Counted from the first letter of the stretch, positions 9,364 through 20,452 are shown. The stretch is DNA of 64,000 bases from Candidatus Methylomirabilota bacterium (GCA_036506275.1 DASXSB010000030.1:46683-110682); one strand, 5' to 3'. Made by a program: numbers and translations. Notes: generated by a model not told the origin, from the letters alone.

Positions 9364-11294
9364 GACCGTAGCTCACCGGGTAACCCCGGCATCGCCACCG
9401 GCAACGTGACGCGGAAGGTCGTCCCCTCCCCGGGCGCGCTCTTGAACGTGATCGTCCCGCCGTGTCCCTCCACGATCTTGTGGGTGATGGCGAGGCCGAG
9501 GCCGGTCCCCTTTTCCTTGGTCGTGAAGAAGGGATCGAAGATTCGCGACGCGTCCGCGGCCGCGATGCCCACCCCGTTGTCCTCGATCTCGACCGCCACC
9601 GGTCGGGTGGCGGGATGCGGTCGGAGCACGAGGACTCGTGCGTCCGCGCGTTGCTCTCGGGAGAGCCGCAGCATCAGACACCCCCCGCGCGGGAGCGCGT
9701 CGATGGCGTTGGCGACGAGGTTGACGAACACCTGATAGAGATATTCCCCGTCGCCGTGCACGGGGGGGAGCCCGCTCGCGTATTCGCGGTAGACGCGGAT
9801 CTGCTTGGCGTCGATCTCGTTCGCGTGGAGCTCGACGACGCGATCGAGGAGCGGCGCCAGCGGCACGCTCCGGAACTGCGGCGGCGCCGGCCGCGCCAGC
9901 TCGAGGAGCTGCTCCACGATGGCGTTGATGCGCTCCAGCTCGCGTGGCACCACGCTCAGGAATTTTTCCTGGAACTGCTCGTCGCCGAAGCTGCGGTAGA
10001 GGCGGCGCGTGAACAGGAGCACGGACGTGAGCGGGTTCTTGATCTCGTGGGCGAGGCCGGCCGCGAGCGTGCCGAGGGCGGCGAGCTGGTCGGAGCGCTG
10101 GAGCTGGCTCTCGAGCTCGCGCACCACGCTCAGATCACGGATCACCCCCACCACACCGAGATCCTTGCCCTCCCCGCCGTTGAGGGGCGCCGCGCTGAAT
10201 TCGATGGGAACGGAGCGGCCCATGCGGCGGCGCAGCGTGAGCTGGATCTCGCCGCTGGGCACGCGCGTGGAGAGCGTCTGCATGAGCAGCTCGCCGAGGG
10301 CGGGGGTGGGCGCGAACACGTCGGTGCAGTAGCGCCCCACGACCTCGCCCGCGAAGAACCCCGTGAGCAGCTCGGCGGCCGGATTGAGCGTGACGACACG
10401 TCCCTCGAGGTCCGCGGTGACGACGCCGGCCGTGAGCGAGCCGAGGATGTTGTCGGTGTAACCCTTGAGGTCGACCAGCTCCTCGTAGCGCCGGCGCAGC
10501 TGGGCGTGCGCGTGCTCGAGCGCGGTCCGTTCCTGGAGGAGCTGGGCCGTCATGTGGTTGAAGGCGCCCGCGAGCTCGCCGATCTCGTCGGCGGAGGTGA
10601 CCTCGATGCGCTGCCGCAGCTCGCCGCGGGAGATGGCGGCCGCTCCGGCCGCGAGACGACGGACGGGGCGCGCGATGTTCCGGGCCACCACCGCCGCCGC
10701 GCCGCCCCCCAGAAGCAGGACGATCACCGTGAGCCCCGCCAGCTCCCAGCGCGTCTGCCGTATCTCCGCTTCCATCGCCCGCTTCGAAAGCCCGACGCGC
10801 GCGGTTCCCCACTTCTGGCCGTTGACCATGACGGGAACGGCGAAGTCATAGGAGGCGGGACGGCCGCTCGCGGCCGGGACCTCCTGCGTCAGCGTGCTCT
10901 GCGTCCCCGCCGCGCGGTCGGCGACGGCGCCCGGCAGCACGAGGCCGACCTGCTCCGGATGGCGGCTGTGCGCGGCCACCTTGCCGTCGGCATCGAGCAC
11001 GATCGCGTAGCGGACGTCGGGCTCCGCCGCCACCCGCGCCACGTTCTGCTCGAGCGCGGTGAAGTTGTACAGGAGGATGGGCGTGTGCGACATGGCGGCG
11101 AGGTTGCGGGCGAGGACTTCGCCGCGCCGCTCGACCTCGTCGATGATGGCCGCTCGCAGCCGATGCTCGACGAGGACGATCACGGTCGCCATCACGAGCG
11201 CGATCACGAACAACGTGCCCCACAGGAGCTTGGTCTCCAGCGACATGAACCGACGGTCGCGCTCGACCTCGCTCACGGCCGGCGCTCCAGCCAC
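9360..11294 (-). CDS. Sensor histidine kinase with two TM helices, periplasmic sensor domain, HAMP, PAS, HisKA and HATPase domains
   Basis: TM1 LWGTLFVIALVMATVIVLV; a ~150-aa predicted periplasmic segment; TM2 LAGLTVIVLLLGGGAAAVVA; HAMP; H-box LAHEIKNPLTSV; G-boxes DNGVGI and GTGLGLAI. An alternative start is M17 at nt 11246. Confidence 0.8.
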   Translation of the reverse strand: MAGAPAVSEVERDRRFMSLETKLLWGTLFVIALVMATVIVLVEHRLRAAIIDEVERRGEVLARNLAAMSHTPILLYNFTALEQNVARVAAEPDVRYAIVLDADGKVAAHSRHPEQVGLVLPGAVADRAAGTQSTLTQEVPAASGRPASYDFAVPVMVNGQKWGTARVGLSKRAMEAEIRQTRWELAGLTVIVLLLGGGAAAVVARNIARPVRRLAAGAAAISRGELRQRIEVTSADEIGELAGAFNHMTAQLLQERTALEHAHAQLRRRYEELVDLKGYTDNILGSLTAGVVTADLEGRVVTLNPAAELLTGFFAGEVVGRYCTDVFAPTPALGELLMQTLSTRVPSGEIQLTLRRRMGRSVPIEFSAAPLNGGEGKDLGVVGVIRDLSVVRELESQLQRSDQLAALGTLAAGLAHEIKNPLTSVLLFTRRLYRSFGDEQFQEKFLSVVPRELERINAIVEQLLELARPAPPQFRSVPLAPLLDRVVELHANEIDAKQIRVYREYASGLPPVHGDGEYLYQVFVNLVANAIDALPRGGCLMLRLSREQRADARVLVLRPHPATRPVAVEIEDNGVGIAAADASRIFDPFFTTKEKGTGLGLAITHKIVEGHGGTITFKSAPGEGTTFRVTLPVAMPGLPGELRS

Positions 11295-12919
11295 ATCTTT
11301 CGCAGGGGAATGTAGGGGTCGCCGAGGCCGTTCACCTCGACGCTCCGCACGTAGGGCTGGAACACGCGTTCATACGTGTAGTGCCACATGGGAACCACCG
11401 CCGCCTCCTCCACGATGAGCTGCTCGGCGCGGCGATAGAGGGCGACGCGGCGCCCCAGCTCCCGCTCGTTGCGCGCGAGCACGAGAAGGTCGTCGACCGT
11501 CGGATTCGAGTAGCCCATGAAGTTTCGCGGGCTCCGCGAGTGAAAGAGCCGGAACAAGAAATTGTCGGGATCGGGAACGTCCGCATACCAGGCGTAGAGG
11601 AACATCGGCATCTTCCCCTCGCCGAGCTGTCCGGCAAACGTGGGCCAGTCCGTCTGGTACCTGACCTCGGCCGGGATGCCGACGGCGCCGAGATAGCGCG
11701 TCACTGCCTGGTGCTCGGCGACGAGGCGGTCGGTCTTCACGCTGGACCAGATCGTGATCGGCGGCAGCCGGCGCCCATCGGGATAGCCGGCCGCGCGCAG
11801 GAGCTCGCGGGCGCGATCCGGCGCGTAGGTCAGGCCGCCGAGCTGCGGATTGTAGCCGAGCGTGCCCGGCGGAAGGATGCCGTGGGCAGGGTGATAGCGG
11901 TCGAGGAATGTCGTCTGCAAGATCGTGTCGCGATCGATCGCGTGCACGATGGCCTGGCGGACACGGAGGTCGTCGAGCGGCTTCACCCGCGTGTTCAAGC
12001 CGTAGAACCGGACGCTGAACATCGGCCGCCGGATGTACTGGTAGGCGGGGGTGGAGGCACGCGCACCGAGCTTGGCGGGGACGGGACTGTCCTCCAGTCG
12101 CCCCCTCTCGAACTCGCGGTACATCGTGTCGATGGCCTCCCCCGGGAAGATCCGGTACACGATGTGCGCAAGCTTCGGCGGTCCCCCGAAATAGTCGGGA
12201 TTGGCGGCGAGCACGATCTCGCGACCCCGCTCGCGACGGACGAACTTGAACGGGCCCGTGCCCACCGGCTCTTCGCCGAACCGCTCTCCCTTCTGCTCCA
12301 CGATGTCGCGCGGCAGCACCTTCGCGTGACCGACGGCGAGGACCGACACGAACGGCGCCGGCGCCTCCTCGAGCGTGATCTCCACCGTGTAGCGATCGAC
12401 GGCGACGATTCCGGCCACCTGACGAGCCTTGCCTTCCCGAAAATCACGCGCCCCTTTGATGGTCGCGAACAGGTCGGAGGCCCCGGACTTGAGCCGCGGA
12501 TCCAGCAGCCGCGTGAACGAGAAGACCACGTCGTCGGCGGTGACCTCGCGACCATGATGGAACTTGACGCCGGGACGCAGCGTGAACGTCCACGTGAGGC
12601 CATCGCGCGAGGCGCGCCAGAAGTGCGCGAGGGCAGGCGTGATGGCAAGCGTCTGGTCGAATTGCACGAGCCCGTCGAAGACTTGCTCGGACACCGACCG
12701 GCTGTAGACGTCGCTGATGAGGGCGGGGTCGAGGGTGGCGGGGTCGTTGCCGAGCGGACGTCGATACGTCGCGTCCTCGGCGCGGCTCGGACCATCAGCG
12801 GCGGCGGCAGCCGATGCCGCGACGAGGGCGGCGACGACGAAGGCCAGAGTGAAGAGAAAAGGGGAGCCGAGGCTCCCCTTCCTCTCGCCCCGTCGTCGGG
12901 GGCGACCGCCTATCACCAT
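11273..12919 (-). CDS. ABC-type substrate-binding protein, family 5 (peptide/nickel, OppA/DppA-like)
   Basis: Track ORF 11273..13213; start chosen at M99 (nt 12919), giving a signal peptide MVIGGRPRRRGERKGSLGSPFLFTLAFVVAALVAASAAAAADG. The SBP_bac_5-like core (...ANPDYFGGPPKL...) follows. The upstream 98 codons are Arg-rich with no signal peptide. Confidence 0.8.
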   Translation of the reverse strand: MVIGGRPRRRGERKGSLGSPFLFTLAFVVAALVAASAAAAADGPSRAEDATYRRPLGNDPATLDPALISDVYSRSVSEQVFDGLVQFDQTLAITPALAHFWRASRDGLTWTFTLRPGVKFHHGREVTADDVVFSFTRLLDPRLKSGASDLFATIKGARDFREGKARQVAGIVAVDRYTVEITLEEAPAPFVSVLAVGHAKVLPRDIVEQKGERFGEEPVGTGPFKFVRRERGREIVLAANPDYFGGPPKLAHIVYRIFPGEAIDTMYREFERGRLEDSPVPAKLGARASTPAYQYIRRPMFSVRFYGLNTRVKPLDDLRVRQAIVHAIDRDTILQTTFLDRYHPAHGILPPGTLGYNPQLGGLTYAPDRARELLRAAGYPDGRRLPPITIWSSVKTDRLVAEHQAVTRYLGAVGIPAEVRYQTDWPTFAGQLGEGKMPMFLYAWYADVPDPDNFLFRLFHSRSPRNFMGYSNPTVDDLLVLARNERELGRRVALYRRAEQLIVEEAAVVPMWHYTYERVFQPYVRSVEVNGLGDPYIPLRKMWLERRP

Positions 12920-12939
12920 GGACCGATGGAAAGGGCTGA

Positions 12940-13077
12940 CTACTCGCCGCCACCGCCACCGTCGGCATTGCCGATCGCGACGAAAAGCGAGGTCGACCCC
13001 GGCGCGGCCGACTCGATAACGGGTGCGACGAACAAGAACGACGCGATGATCACGACCGCCGCCAGCACTTTCCTCAT
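12940..13077 (-). CDS. Unannotated small ORF (45 aa): putative secreted or membrane peptide MRKVLAAVVIIASFLFVAPVIESAAPGSTSLFVAIGNADGGGGGE
   Basis: Not in the ORF track because it is under the length cutoff. ATG at 13077 is preceded by AAGGGGGA. The N-terminus is signal-peptide-like (MRK then an 18-residue hydrophobic stretch). GC3 is very high, like real genes here. It sits 21 nt upstream of the SBP start and downstream of a sigma-54-like promoter. Coordinates were verified against the overlapping track ORF frame. Confidence 0.3.
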   Translation of the reverse strand: MRKVLAAVVIIASFLFVAPVIESAAPGSTSLFVAIGNADGGGGGE

Positions 13078-13151
13078 GACTCTGTCCCCCTTGTCGACGT
13101 TGTGAGCGCGATGGCCGCCGCGCTCGCTTGACTTCCGGGGGACCGGTCACA

Positions 13152-13166
13152 GCAATTCGATCGCCA
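13152..13166 (-). promoter_or_regulatory. Candidate sigma-54 (-24/-12) promoter TGGCGA-N5-TTGCT reading into the small ORF/SBP/HK/CheY genes
   Basis: The minus strand reads TGGCGATCGAATTGCT. The GG and GC are separated by the canonical 10 nt. It lies about 75 nt upstream of the small-ORF ATG and directly downstream of a sigma-54 activator gene. Confidence 0.3.
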
Positions 13167-13370
13167 ATCGCGGCGTCGATCATCGCGTCCTTCAAAGCGG
13201 CGTTATTGCTCATGCGGCGGCGCGGACACGCGGTGGCCGGTGTGGGACCGGTGTCTCATCACTGGGCAGCGCGACGTGCGAGAAGCCCGCGTCCTCGACG
13301 TAAACGGGCAAGTCATCAGGCGGGAGCGACGCTGCACAGGATCGGTGCAACCTGGCCCGAAAGTGGGCGC

Positions 13371-14795
<1,425 letters not shown>

Positions 14796-14964
14796 GGCGC
14801 GAGGACTCTATCATCTTCCCGGACGCAGCGCCGTTCCGTTCTCGCGTCCGCTGAAGGCCCGGGCGTGGACCATGATCCCGCTCCCGGACGCCGTTGTATG
14901 GGGCGCGATGCCGGCGTGGCGGCCGCGCGCTCGCGCGACCGCCACCCTCGAGTCGCCCGTCCTC

Positions 14965-15117
14965 TCAGTGGGCCGAATGCTCGGGCCGGTCCTCGCCGAA
15001 CCGGATAGACGACCCTTGTCCGCGCTTGGCGTCCTCGGAGCGGTAGATCACGCTGCAGCCGGACAGCACGCTTGCCCCCATGAGCACCCCCAGCACGATT
15101 CCCACGAGTCGACGCAT
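14965..15117 (-). CDS. Unannotated small lipoprotein (50 aa) MRRLVGIVLGVLMGASVLSGCSVIYRSEDAKRGQGSSIRFGEDRPEHSAH
   Basis: Not in the ORF track. ATG at 15117 has a strong RBS AAGGAG 7 nt upstream. A lipobox L-S-G-C follows the hydrophobic signal. Third-codon positions are GC-rich. Coordinates were verified against the overlapping track ORF frame. Confidence 0.45.
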   Translation of the reverse strand: MRRLVGIVLGVLMGASVLSGCSVIYRSEDAKRGQGSSIRFGEDRPEHSAH

Positions 15118-15270
15118 GGCCTGGCTCCTTTCCCGGCCGGCCCGCTACCGGCCATTCCGACCATGAGTCGCGGCGACGCCCGAGCAGGTTCAGCCCGGCC
15201 CGGGATGACGACGATGCGTATGTGAATCGACTCATTGACCGCACGCCGGTGTGCTCGAACAATTCCCGCA

Positions 15271-16791
15271 GTGCTCGCGCACATCCTCTCCGCTGCTGTC
15301 CTCGGTATCGAAGCCGCCCTCGTGAGGGTGGAGGTCGACGTGGCGGCGGGGCTGCCGTTGTTCACCACGGTTGGCTTGCCCGATTCCGCGGTCCGCGAGA
15401 GTCGCGAACGTGTCCGCACCGCCATCAAGAACGCGGGATTCCGGTTTCCTTCGGATCGCATCACGGTGAACCTGGCTCCCGCCGACGTCCGCAAGGAGGG
15501 CGCCTCCTTCGACCTTCCGATCGCCATCGGAATCCTGAGCGCCACCGGATGCGTCCGGGGAGCGGACATGGAGCCGTTGGCGGTGGTGGGCGAGCTCGCG
15601 CTCGACGGCCAGATTCGGCGCGTGCGTGGCGTCCTCGCCGTCGCGCTCGCGTGCCGCCGCCGTGGGGTCAAAGCGCTGCTCGTTCCGTCCGGAAACCAGC
15701 GCGAGGCGGCCGCCGTCCGCGGCGTGCGCGTGCTGGGCGCGGCCACGTTGCAGGAAGCGGTGGCGCTGCTGAACGGCGAGGCCGTCTCGGCGCCCGTGGA
15801 AACAGGGAGCGCCGTCTCGTCGGGCGCCGCCGACGACGTCGACTTCGCCGACGTCAAGGGACAAGGACACGCCAAGCGCGCGCTCGAAATCGCCGCCGCC
15901 GGTGGGCACAACGTCCTCCTTCTCGGTCCTCCCGGCGGAGGCAAGACGATGCTCGCGCGTCGGGTCACCACGATCCTCCCCCCGCTCGCAGAGGCGGAGG
16001 TCATCGAGGTCTCTTCGATCTGGAGCGTGGCGGGGCTGTTATCGGGAGAGGGTGAGCTGATGACGCAGCGGCCGTTCCGCGCTCCCCATCACACCATTTC
16101 GGTGCCCGGCCTCATCGGGGGCGGGACGCCGCTGCATGCGGGCGAAGTCACGCTCGCCCACCGCGGCGTGCTCTTCATGGACGAGCTGCCGGAGTTCCAG
16201 CAGCACGTCCTCGAGTCGCTGCGCCAGCCCCTCGAGGACGGCCGCGTCAGCATCGCGCGCGCAAGCGGCACCGCGCGCTTCCCAGCGCGCTTCCAGCTCG
16301 TGGCCGCCGCCAATCCGTGTCGCCGCGGGTGTCCGTCCCTCGATCGCTGTCTCTGCACGCCCGCCGAGCGCCAGCGCTATCTCGGCCGGCTGTCGCGGCC
16401 TCTGCTGGACCGGATCGATCTCCACGTCGAGCTTCCCGCTCTCGAGCACGCTGACCTCGCGGCATCCGGCGGAACAGAGGCGTCGGCGAGCATCCGCGCT
16501 CGCGTGAGCGAGGCGCGCGCCCGGCAGCGCGCGCGGTTCCGCGGAGCCGCCGTGCGCGCGAACGCCGACATGTCGCTCGCGCATCTGCGCCGCTATTGTC
16601 GTCCGCCCGCCGATGCGCAGCGACTTCTGGCCGCGGCCATGACCCGCCTCGGTCTCTCCGCGCGCGGCCATGACCGCGTGCTCAAGGTCGCGCGCACGAT
16701 CGCCGACCTCGCGGGCACGGACGAGATCACCGCCGCCCACTGCGCGGAGGCCATCCAGTATCGCGGCCTCGACCGCCGGTGGCGCGGCTGA
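15271..16791 (+). CDS. comM: Mg-chelatase-like AAA+ ATPase YifB/ComM
   Basis: Track ORF 15235..16791; likely GTG start at 15271 (VLAHILSAAVLGIEA..., the typical ComM N-terminus). Walker A LLLGPPGGGKTMLA is present, followed by the C-terminal ChlI-like region. Confidence 0.85.
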   Translation: MLAHILSAAVLGIEAALVRVEVDVAAGLPLFTTVGLPDSAVRESRERVRTAIKNAGFRFPSDRITVNLAPADVRKEGASFDLPIAIGILSATGCVRGADMEPLAVVGELALDGQIRRVRGVLAVALACRRRGVKALLVPSGNQREAAAVRGVRVLGAATLQEAVALLNGEAVSAPVETGSAVSSGAADDVDFADVKGQGHAKRALEIAAAGGHNVLLLGPPGGGKTMLARRVTTILPPLAEAEVIEVSSIWSVAGLLSGEGELMTQRPFRAPHHTISVPGLIGGGTPLHAGEVTLAHRGVLFMDELPEFQQHVLESLRQPLEDGRVSIARASGTARFPARFQLVAAANPCRRGCPSLDRCLCTPAERQRYLGRLSRPLLDRIDLHVELPALEHADLAASGGTEASASIRARVSEARARQRARFRGAAVRANADMSLAHLRRYCRPPADAQRLLAAAMTRLGLSARGHDRVLKVARTIADLAGTDEITAAHCAEAIQYRGLDRRWRG

Positions 16792-17033
16792 CCCCTCCTC
16801 GCGTCGGACTCGAGAGACCGGCCGCGTAGGGAAATGTTTGCCGCAAGAGGAGCCAATTCCGCCCTCCGAGCGGGAAGAGATGTCCAGCGTGTGTGTCGAA
16901 GAAGACTACAGAGTCCGCAGCGAGCGCGGTGCTCGCGAACGTCATGAGCGCGAAAACCTGCGACGGTCGTGGTCGCTCGCGCGGTTTGGCACATGCATTC
17001 CTGGCACATGCGTTGCAAACCGATAGGTATCAC

Positions 17034-17966
17034 GTGAGCCATCGCGTACGGATCATCGTCACCCCGGGCTCGGGTGAAGGACGCGCGACCGCGACGGCGC
17101 GTCGTCTCCGAAAAGTTCTGACGAAGCGTGGCCATCAGACGTCCGTCCAGACGTATACGACGCTCTCGGCGCTGGAGCGATGGGCGAAGACGTGCGAGGC
17201 CGACTTCACGCACCTCGTGTGCATCGGGGGCGACGCCACGCAAAGCGCGGCGGCGCGCGCGGCCATGCGCCTGTCGATCCCGTTCGTCCCCGTTCCGAAT
17301 GGATTCGGGAACATGTTCGCGCGCGCCTTCGGCCATCCCGACCGCGTCGAGCACGTGGCGGAACTGCTCGACGCCGGCGAGTTGCGACGCGTCGACATCG
17401 GCATCGCCAATGACCGCGAGCTGTTCCTCTCCCACCGGAGCTACGGTCCCCTGCAGCAGATCCAGCAGACGGTGGAGAACGGCGGTGGTCAGCCAAAGTC
17501 GCGCCTGGCGCGCCATCTCGCCTATTACGGAATGGCCAAGCGGTTTCTCGTCGACGCGCGGCTGCCCTCCATTCGGGTGGAGGTCGACGGCAAGGTCGTC
17601 GCTCGCGATGCGAGCGTGGTGACGGTGGCGAACGTCGAGACCTACCGCGGCTTTCTCTCGCTGACGCCGACCGCCTCCCCCATCGACGGTCTCTTCGACG
17701 TCTTCATCGCGCCGCGCACGTCACGACTCCGGTTGCACCTCCGTCTCCTGCGGCTCCTGCTCGAGACGCGGGGGCGGTGGAACGGCCTCGTGCTTCGTCG
17801 TGGCCGCCACGTCGTCGTCACCGTGAACGAGGGACGCCGGGAGGACCTTCGAACGCTTCGGCGCGCGCTGCCGCTGCTCGTGCCGCGCGGTAGCGCGGAG
17901 ATCCTCGCCCAGCGGACACGCGACGCGGACGCCCCCCTCGACGAAGGCGCGGCCAAGGTCAGCTGA
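17034..17966 (+). CDS. Diacylglycerol/lipid kinase catalytic-domain protein (YegS/BmrU family)
   Basis: RVRIIVTPGSGEG ... LVCIGGDATQSAAARAA ... VPNGFGNMFA are DAGK_cat motifs. Track ORF starts at 16893; a GTG at 17034 (VSHRVRIIV) puts the catalytic domain at the N-terminus, as is typical. The 16893 start remains possible. Confidence 0.75.
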   Translation: MSHRVRIIVTPGSGEGRATATARRLRKVLTKRGHQTSVQTYTTLSALERWAKTCEADFTHLVCIGGDATQSAAARAAMRLSIPFVPVPNGFGNMFARAFGHPDRVEHVAELLDAGELRRVDIGIANDRELFLSHRSYGPLQQIQQTVENGGGQPKSRLARHLAYYGMAKRFLVDARLPSIRVEVDGKVVARDASVVTVANVETYRGFLSLTPTASPIDGLFDVFIAPRTSRLRLHLRLLRLLLETRGRWNGLVLRRGRHVVVTVNEGRREDLRTLRRALPLLVPRGSAEILAQRTRDADAPLDEGAAKVS

Positions 17967-18969
17967 CGGACCGGGCGGGCGCGCGGCGGGCGCGGAGCGA
18001 CGCGTGGAACCGCATGCCGACGAGCGTGAGCAGGCCGATCATGATCCACACTGTTTGCCGTCCACGGCGCACGAGCGTGAAGGCAAGCCCGGCGCTGCCC
18101 GTCGAGCCCAGTCCGGGGAAGATGGCGGCGTTCGCGCCCTCCAGCGCTCCGATGCTGGCCGGCACGAGAAACGACGCGAAGCGGACGGCGGAACCGAACG
18201 CCTCGATGACGGTGGCGGTGACCAGAGGTATCCCGACGTCCAGCACCACCAGCATCAGGTACGTCTCGACCGCTCCGAGCAGCCACCCCAGGAAGTGAAA
18301 ACCCGTCGAGAGCGCGAAGCGACGCCAATCTCGACGGTAGTATTCGCGAAGCGCGCGGTCGAGGCGATCGGCGTGTGACGGACCATCGGCCATGCCGAAC
18401 CACCGAAGGAGACGGCCACCCCGGCGGACGAGGCCGGTGACCTGCACGAGGAAGAACCCGCCCACCGCCACCACTTCCACGACGAGCAGCCACAGCATGA
18501 TGCGCACGACGTGCGACTGGAGCGGCAGAGCGGCGAGCGCGAGGACGATCCCGACGATGAGAAAGAGCGCCTGGGACACCGTCGCGGTGGTCTTGGCGAC
18601 CACGAGGGCGGGCACGCTCTCCTCGTACGGCACGTCGCGGCGGATGAGCCACGCCTTCATCGCTTCGCCGCCGACGGACGCGAGGGCCGTGGCCACGTTC
18701 AACGCATCCCCCGCCATCCGCGCTCCCAGCAAGCGGTGGAACGGGGCTCGATCGTATCGGAACGCGTAACGCCAGCCCAGCGTATCCACGACCATGATCA
18801 AGCCGTACGGAAGGCAGACGAGAAGGAACTGCCACCATCGCACCTGCGCGAACGCCGCCGCCAGGGACGCGGGGCCGATGCGCACCACCAGGAAGACGAG
18901 CCCGCCCAGTCCCGCCAGCAGCAGCAAGAAGCGGACGTGGCGCATGGATGAATGCAGTTCAAGGTCCAT
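17959..18969 (-). CDS. UPF0104 / lysylphosphatidylglycerol-synthase-TM-like (flippase-like) integral membrane protein
   Basis: Track ORF 17959..19395; start chosen at M143 (MDLELHSSMRHVRFLLLLAGLGG, nt 18969). The upstream 142 codons are Arg-rich. The protein has about 8 TM segments with the family-typical N-terminal pattern. Its 3' end overlaps the lipid kinase gene by 8 nt, convergently. Confidence 0.7.
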   Translation of the reverse strand: MDLELHSSMRHVRFLLLLAGLGGLVFLVVRIGPASLAAAFAQVRWWQFLLVCLPYGLIMVVDTLGWRYAFRYDRAPFHRLLGARMAGDALNVATALASVGGEAMKAWLIRRDVPYEESVPALVVAKTTATVSQALFLIVGIVLALAALPLQSHVVRIMLWLLVVEVVAVGGFFLVQVTGLVRRGGRLLRWFGMADGPSHADRLDRALREYYRRDWRRFALSTGFHFLGWLLGAVETYLMLVVLDVGIPLVTATVIEAFGSAVRFASFLVPASIGALEGANAAIFPGLGSTGSAGLAFTLVRRGRQTVWIMIGLLTLVGMRFHASLRARRAPARSVS

Positions 18970-19014
18970 GCCACAGGTGGCGGCCGGTTGCGGTCGATGG
19001 GATAATAGCCGGGG

Positions 19015-19677
19015 ATGATGTGGCACACGTCGTCGCGGACGGCCGATACGCTCCTCTGGATCGGAATGGCGGCCGCCGTTGCCTTCGCCACTCTCGCCCT
19101 CTCCGCCGCTCGCAACGGCATCTTCGACCTGGACCGTGGTACGCAGGCCTTGGTGGGTCTCACCCGCAGCAGCTCCCTTCACGGCCCCATGGCGACCCTG
19201 TCGCTGCTCGGGCAAGCGACGGGGCTCGTGCCCGCGATCGCCATGGCGCAGATCATCTCGTGGCGATGCCGAAGGCGGTGGGCGGTCGCGCTCCCGATCG
19301 TGATGGCCGGCACGTGGGGGCTGGAAACGCTCGGCAAGTGGGCGGTCGATCGCCCGCGACCGAATGGGGCGGCGTGGGGATTCCCGAGCGGACATACCTT
19401 CAGTGTCGTCGTGCTGTTCGGCGTCATCGCGTATCTGGTGTGTACGTCAGGCGCTGGGCAACGATGGCGCTGGACCGCGGTCACGACGTGCGGCGTCCTC
19501 GCGCTCGGCGTTGCCTTCAGCCGACTCTACCTCGACATGCACTGGCTTTCCGACGTGGGTGGCGGATTCGCGGTCGGCCTCGCCTATCTACCGCTCGCCA
19601 TCTGGTGCGTCGAGCTGGCCCCCGCGCGCGCGTCGGCGGCATCGCCGGCCACGGCGGGCGCCGGCATCGAGGGCTGA
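19015..19677 (+). CDS. PAP2-family phosphatase (phosphatidic acid / undecaprenyl-diphosphate phosphatase-like)
   Basis: The three PAP2 motifs are present: KWAVDRPRP, PSGH and SRLYLDMHWLSD. The protein is polytopic. It is divergent from the flippase-like gene, with only a 45-nt spacer. Confidence 0.8.
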   Translation: MMWHTSSRTADTLLWIGMAAAVAFATLALSAARNGIFDLDRGTQALVGLTRSSSLHGPMATLSLLGQATGLVPAIAMAQIISWRCRRRWAVALPIVMAGTWGLETLGKWAVDRPRPNGAAWGFPSGHTFSVVVLFGVIAYLVCTSGAGQRWRWTAVTTCGVLALGVAFSRLYLDMHWLSDVGGGFAVGLAYLPLAIWCVELAPARASAASPATAGAGIEG

Positions 19678-19720
19678 GAACGGTCGCTTCTTCGGGAGGC
19701 GGCCGGGTGGCCGCGACGGA

Positions 19721-20440
19721 TCAGCGGCGACCGCGCGGAGGGATGTTCGTGTAGACGGTCGTGCCGTCGGCCTCCATTGTTCGGTAGGTGGCCGCGGGCA
19801 ATGCGCTGTCGGGAGCGATGTCGATCAACCTCAAGATCCGCGCGACGTATTCCTGCGTCTCCGGGTAGGGCGGGACGCCTCCATACACCGTGACCGCCTG
19901 CTCTCCCGCGTTGTAGGCGGCGAGCGCGAGCGGAATGTTGTTGCGGTATCTCTCCATCAGCCCGCGCAGGTGGCGAACGCCGCCGTCGATGTTCTGAGCG
20001 GGATTGAAGGCATCGCGGACGCCCAGGGTATTGGCGGTGGCCGGCATGAGCTGCATGAGGCCACGAGCACCCTTCCGGGATATCGCCTGCGCGTTGAAGC
20101 CGGACTCCACTCGGATGACGGCTGCTACCAGGCGCTCCGACACGCCGTAGCGCTCGGCGGCGCCGCGAATCTCGCCCGCGTATCGCGTGGTGGCATCGGC
20201 CTGAGGGATGCGCAGCCAGCCGACGGTGGTTCCTGACGTGAGGCCCATGCGGCGGTAGCGGGGATCCGTGGGCAGGTTCGTGAAGTGAATGGTGCCGTCG
20301 GGCGCCACCAGCCGGTACGTCTCGGCCGCGACGGCGGCGGACCCGACGGCCATCACCGAAGCCATCACCGCGAGGACAATGGCGAATGCGCGCGTCACAT
20401 GAATTATTCTAGCCGCTTCCGGTGACTCGCGGTCAGTCAA
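19721..20440 (-). CDS. Lytic transglycosylase (SLT domain), secreted
   Basis: A signal peptide is present. SLT motifs VIRVESGFN ... GARGLMQLMPATA ... AYNAG are present. Confidence 0.8.
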   Translation of the reverse strand: MTDRESPEAARIIHVTRAFAIVLAVMASVMAVGSAAVAAETYRLVAPDGTIHFTNLPTDPRYRRMGLTSGTTVGWLRIPQADATTRYAGEIRGAAERYGVSERLVAAVIRVESGFNAQAISRKGARGLMQLMPATANTLGVRDAFNPAQNIDGGVRHLRGLMERYRNNIPLALAAYNAGEQAVTVYGGVPPYPETQEYVARILRLIDIAPDSALPAATYRTMEADGTTVYTNIPPRGRR

Positions 20441-20452
20441 AATTGGCCCGTC

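Noticed and set aside
12920-13213. 98-codon N-terminal extension of the family-5 SBP (alternative start ATG 13213)
   Set aside because: The extension is Arg-rich (RRDRQCRRWRWRR) and would bury the signal peptide internally. M99 instead gives a canonical n-h-c signal peptide. The extension would also begin upstream of the candidate sigma-54 transcription start. This is not fully excluded.
15048-16004. 318-aa minus-strand ORF antisense to comM
   Set aside because: It is antisense to a strongly supported AAA+ gene. Its composition is Ala/Arg/Ser/Thr-rich. This is an artefact.
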